Shown here one piece after another: positions 7,318 through 9,937 of a stretch of 9,937 nucleotides of DNA. Numbering within the stretch: the stretch's first letter is position 1; the number at the start of each line of letters is the position of its first letter. The position numbers were made by a program, and so were the translations under genes. This DNA is from a virus. Lineage: Duplodnaviria > Heunggongvirae > Uroviricota > Caudoviricetes. A model generated the notes under the pieces. It did no database searches and was not told the DNA's origin. It saw nothing but the letters and a program-made list of their open reading frames with translations. Where the stretch lies: the IMG/VR virus record IMGVR_UViG_2698536681_000002, one strand, 5' to 3'.

Positions 7318-7347
7318 AATATAGCCCCGGACAATGTGTCTGGTCAA
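7318..7347 (-). promoter_or_regulatory. Candidate sigma70 promoter immediately after the Q stop (module 1); candidate late promoter PR'
   Basis: On the minus strand: -35 TTGACC (plus 7342-7347), 18-nt spacer, -10 TATATT (plus 7318-7323). It begins 5 nt after the Q stop codon and is followed in the initial transcribed region by the hairpin GCGCCAG-CAAAAT-CTGGCG. Confidence 0.45.
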
Positions 7348-7351
7348 GCAC

Positions 7352-7738
7352 CTACATAATTCGTTCTACGTATCTGTCCATCTCCAGCCGGATATCAAGC
7401 ATCATCAACATGCCATCAATAACCCCTTCCGCTTTCTGCAGGCGCTTGCCAATACAGGTATCCGAACACCCATGTTTCCGTGCCAGACTCATAAAAGTCA
7501 TTCCACCTACGTAATAATCCACCAGCAAATCGTGCAAATCCTGATTTTTCTTGTTCAACCGGGCCATACAGCCACAAATTATCATTGCATCATCATCAGA
7601 ACACTGAGGGCGTGATTTCACTTTCGACGGAATTAACCCTTTAAAACCAGCAGCGATCGACGCCCAGGATACATCTTCATGAGTGTTTGCAGCCCAAGCC
7701 CCCCACCGTTCCATAACCTGCTGAATATCACGCGCCAT
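7352..7738 (-). CDS. Late-gene antitermination protein Q, Q21/QuuD-like family, about 128 aa
   Basis: Translation [105 protein letters not shown]... closely matches my recollection of E. coli DLP12 QuuD. Preferred start is the ATG at 7736-7738 (AGGTGA upstream, 11-nt overlap with the RusA stop); an alternative ATG is at 7759. Confidence 0.88.
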   Translation of the reverse strand: MARDIQQVMERWGAWAANTHEDVSWASIAAGFKGLIPSKVKSRPQCSDDDAMIICGCMARLNKKNQDLHDLLVDYYVGGMTFMSLARKHGCSDTCIGKRLQKAEGVIDGMLMMLDIRLEMDRYVERIM

Positions 7739-8099
7739 CGTTATCACCTGTGATTTCATAAATCTTCACGCCCAGTCGCCCACCAGGAACGAGCTGACCG
7801 CGCACAATATTGATTTCATCAAACTGCTCGTCGTCTATGAGTAGTCCGGCATGCGTCAGCGCATCCAGTGGTGCTTTCAGGATATTGTCCAGGTCACGAC
7901 GGCGCTTATCCGGTGGCTCTGCAATAATCTTTATCGCCAGCCTTCCGGACAGGTTTAATTTCAGCCGCTGCTGGCGAACAATTAGCGTCACATCACGGCG
8001 ATAACGCTCACCAACTTTTGATACAAAATATGTGCTGCCACGACGTCGCCAGTAAGTATTCACCGTCGGCGGATAAGGTAAAATAAACTCATGGCGCAT
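7728..8099 (-). CDS. rusA: RusA-family Holliday junction resolvase, 123 aa
   Basis: RusA-like motifs ([12 protein letters not shown]...[30 protein letters not shown]). ATG at 8097-8099 overlaps the upstream stop (ATGA). It sits directly upstream of Q, as in 21/82-type nin regions. Confidence 0.88.
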   Translation of the reverse strand: MRHEFILPYPPTVNTYWRRRGSTYFVSKVGERYRRDVTLIVRQQRLKLNLSGRLAIKIIAEPPDKRRRDLDNILKAPLDALTHAGLLIDDEQFDEINIVRGQLVPGGRLGVKIYEITGDNDGA

Positions 8100-8341
8100 C
8101 AGCGCAGCACCTCCTGCACCATTTTTTCAAACTTTCCAACTTTGGTTTCCAGCTCTGCCACACAATCAACGAGCTCATCCACCGCTTTTTGTGCGCGATG
8201 TTTCGCCTGCATCAGTTCCCTGAGCGCTGGCACCATATCCCGACGAATGGCATCTTTTGTTACACCTGTTTTTTCCAGTTGTTCCGCCTGTCGCAACATT
8301 TCCTGCGCGTGTTTACGCAATTGTTCAGAGGTAAAAGTCAT
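8099..8341 (-). CDS. Hypothetical small protein, about 80 aa, predicted coiled coil
   Basis: ORF between the helicase and RusA. ATG at 8339-8341 (the ORF-track start at 8356 is TTG). Charged heptad-like sequence (EQLRKHAQEMLRQAEQLEKTG...AQKAVDELVDCVAELETKVGKFEKMVQEVLR). No family recognised. Confidence 0.5.
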   Translation of the reverse strand: MTFTSEQLRKHAQEMLRQAEQLEKTGVTKDAIRRDMVPALRELMQAKHRAQKAVDELVDCVAELETKVGKFEKMVQEVLR

Positions 8342-8352
8342 TGTCTGGTTGT

Positions 8353-9744
8353 TCAAAAGAAACGCTCCATCTTACTGCTGTCGGTACGTGTATTGCTGTA
8401 TCTGCGCGGCTGGGGCTGCCGCATTGGGGTGGAAAGAACCTGTGCGCTTTCCTGGTCCACAGGCAGAAAATGTCCGTTATAAAAACGCCGGTAAATCGTC
8501 CCCAGAGAACCGTTACGTTGTTTCGTGATATTAATTTCTGCTATGCCTGTAGCCTGTGTATCCGGGTTGTACACTTCATCCCTGTAAAGCATCAGAATGA
8601 TGTCTGCATCCGCCTCTATTTCTCCGGAATTTTTCAGGTCTGAGTTCATGGGACGTTTATTGGGTCTGGACTCCACACCGCGGGAGAGCTGGCTCAGCGC
8701 AATCAACGGAAAACCACCGGATTTTGCCAGGCCTTTAAGCCCCTTTGAGATTTCACCCACGGCAAGGTCATGACGCCCCGTGGTTCGGGTTTTTATCAGC
8801 CCGAGATAATCAACCACCACCAGCGCCGTTTCCGGATGTTTAATCAGATGGTGTTTCGTTGTTGCGCATATCTCATCAATGGTCAGGTTCGCCTGGTCCA
8901 CCATCCAGATATTGCGCCCGGTCATCCGCCCCACCCCTTGTGAGAAACGCGCCCAGTCTTCATCTTCAAAGTGAGCCACAGATTTCAGGCGTGATACTGG
9001 CATCCCTCCAGCCGCAGACACCATACGTTCACCAATCTGGATGTTCGCCATCTCCATGGTGAACAGAAGCACACCATGCCCCTGCTCAGTCACCTTGTCG
9101 ATGATGTCCAGCGCAAGTTCGGTTTTCCCCATCGAAGGACGGGCGGCAATGAATACCAGGTCTCCGGGCTCCATACCGCCTGTTTTTGCGTCCAGTTCAT
9201 CAATACCGGTCATCAACGTCCTGGATTTCTCCAGCCCCTGATTCCGGCATTCAACACGCTCAACCACTTCCGGAAGCACATCATCAATATGTACCGGCTG
9301 AATGACGCCCTTTCCTGTCGACAGTGTGACCATCATGTTCTGCGCATCCTTCAGGGCATCTTCAGCTGCTTCACAGGTATGCGCATCACGTAATTTCTGC
9401 AGCGCCTCATTCAGTGTTTTTTCTGCATCGCGCAGTGCGGCATTGCGCCGCAACGCTGCAACATAGTGCTCCAGTGAAGACTTCACCCAGGTTTTACGCC
9501 CGGTATCAGTAATCACCGGGGCAAGTTCCGGCATCTCATTACACAACAGCACGGGGTCAATCACTCCTGAAACACGGGCCTGTCTGCAGATGCCTGTGTA
9601 GATATCCCGATACGCTCGTACAGAAAAAATGTCCGCCGGTAGTGTGATCAGAATATCCATCACTTCATGATCTGCCCCACGCAGAAAGAATGCGCCAATG
9701 ACAGCGCCTTCCAGGTCATCATTACGCCAGACTGGTGTTGTCAT
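8353..9744 (-). CDS. Replicative DNA helicase, DnaB family, about 463 aa
   Basis: DnaB-like motifs: Walker A (ARPSMGKTELALDI), and the C-terminal helicase motifs (VVVDYLGLI, ALSQLSRGVESRPNKRPMNSDLKNSGEIEADADIILMLYRDEVY, ITKQRNGSLGT). Preferred start is the ATG at 9742-9744 (GAGGTG upstream); the ORF-track GTG start at 9885 adds 47 non-DnaB-like residues. Confidence 0.9.
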   Translation of the reverse strand: MTTPVWRNDDLEGAVIGAFFLRGADHEVMDILITLPADIFSVRAYRDIYTGICRQARVSGVIDPVLLCNEMPELAPVITDTGRKTWVKSSLEHYVAALRRNAALRDAEKTLNEALQKLRDAHTCEAAEDALKDAQNMMVTLSTGKGVIQPVHIDDVLPEVVERVECRNQGLEKSRTLMTGIDELDAKTGGMEPGDLVFIAARPSMGKTELALDIIDKVTEQGHGVLLFTMEMANIQIGERMVSAAGGMPVSRLKSVAHFEDEDWARFSQGVGRMTGRNIWMVDQANLTIDEICATTKHHLIKHPETALVVVDYLGLIKTRTTGRHDLAVGEISKGLKGLAKSGGFPLIALSQLSRGVESRPNKRPMNSDLKNSGEIEADADIILMLYRDEVYNPDTQATGIAEINITKQRNGSLGTIYRRFYNGHFLPVDQESAQVLSTPMRQPQPRRYSNTRTDSSKMERFF

Positions 9745-9937
9745 GCAGCCACACCTCTGATACAAGAACGGTAGCTGGGCCAGTTGAACGACAACCAGTT
9801 GCGCCCCCCGTCTGTGATCCTGTCGGCAATGCGGGGGCTGATGAACGCTGGATTTGCCCCTATATTTCCAGACACCTGTTATCACTTAACCCATTACTGG
9901 CTTGCTGCCGTAGATATTCCCGTGGCGAGCGATAACC

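Noticed and set aside
6975-7347. Minus-strand ORFs 7123..7347 (74 aa) and 6975..7205 (76 aa) in the gap after Q
   Set aside because: They run across the promoter -10/-35 elements and terminator hairpins, have no ribosome-binding sites and have low-complexity Pro/Gly/Arg-rich translations.
7810-8643. Plus-strand ORFs antisense to RusA, the small ORF and the helicase (for example 8091..8528, 8189..8482, 8341..8643)
   Set aside because: Ser/Cys-rich shadow frames of minus-strand genes with no recognisable family features.
9745-9885. Helicase N-terminal extension from the GTG at 9885
   Set aside because: The 47 added residues are Cys/His/Arg-rich and unlike DnaB, whereas the ATG at 9744 has a GAGGTG ribosome-binding site and begins DnaB-like sequence.

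Overview
This window is a segment of a lambdoid prophage of the phage-21 / HK97 type, enterobacterial in sequence character, with every supported gene on the minus strand. Reading in the direction of transcription (high to low coordinates): a DnaB-type replicative helicase (8353..9744), a small coiled-coil ORF, the RusA Holliday-junction resolvase, a Q21/QuuD-type late antiterminator Q (7352..7738), a 480-nt non-coding stretch holding two tandem promoter+terminator modules, an ORF6N-domain accessory gene (6308..6871) with its own terminator, a tightly packed four-tRNA array (CAU, UCU, UGU, UCC anticodons; 5808..6118), an N-masked run (5350..5744), a phage-21-type lysis cassette (pinholin, SAR endolysin, Rz with embedded Rz1; the middle is hidden by a second N-masked run 4461..4880), an HNH endonuclease, a short GC-rich candidate cos region, terminase small and large subunits, a small membrane ORF and an HK97-family portal protein (113..1360). 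Protein identifications rest on reading the supplied translations against remembered family signatures; no database search was run. Coordinates that fall inside the N runs are estimates from homologue lengths. I found no complete, clearly novel multi-gene system in the visible sequence. The best candidates for something undescribed are the tandem promoter/terminator modules after Q, the ORF6N cargo gene, and whatever occupies the roughly 360 masked nt at the classic cargo position upstream of the holin.
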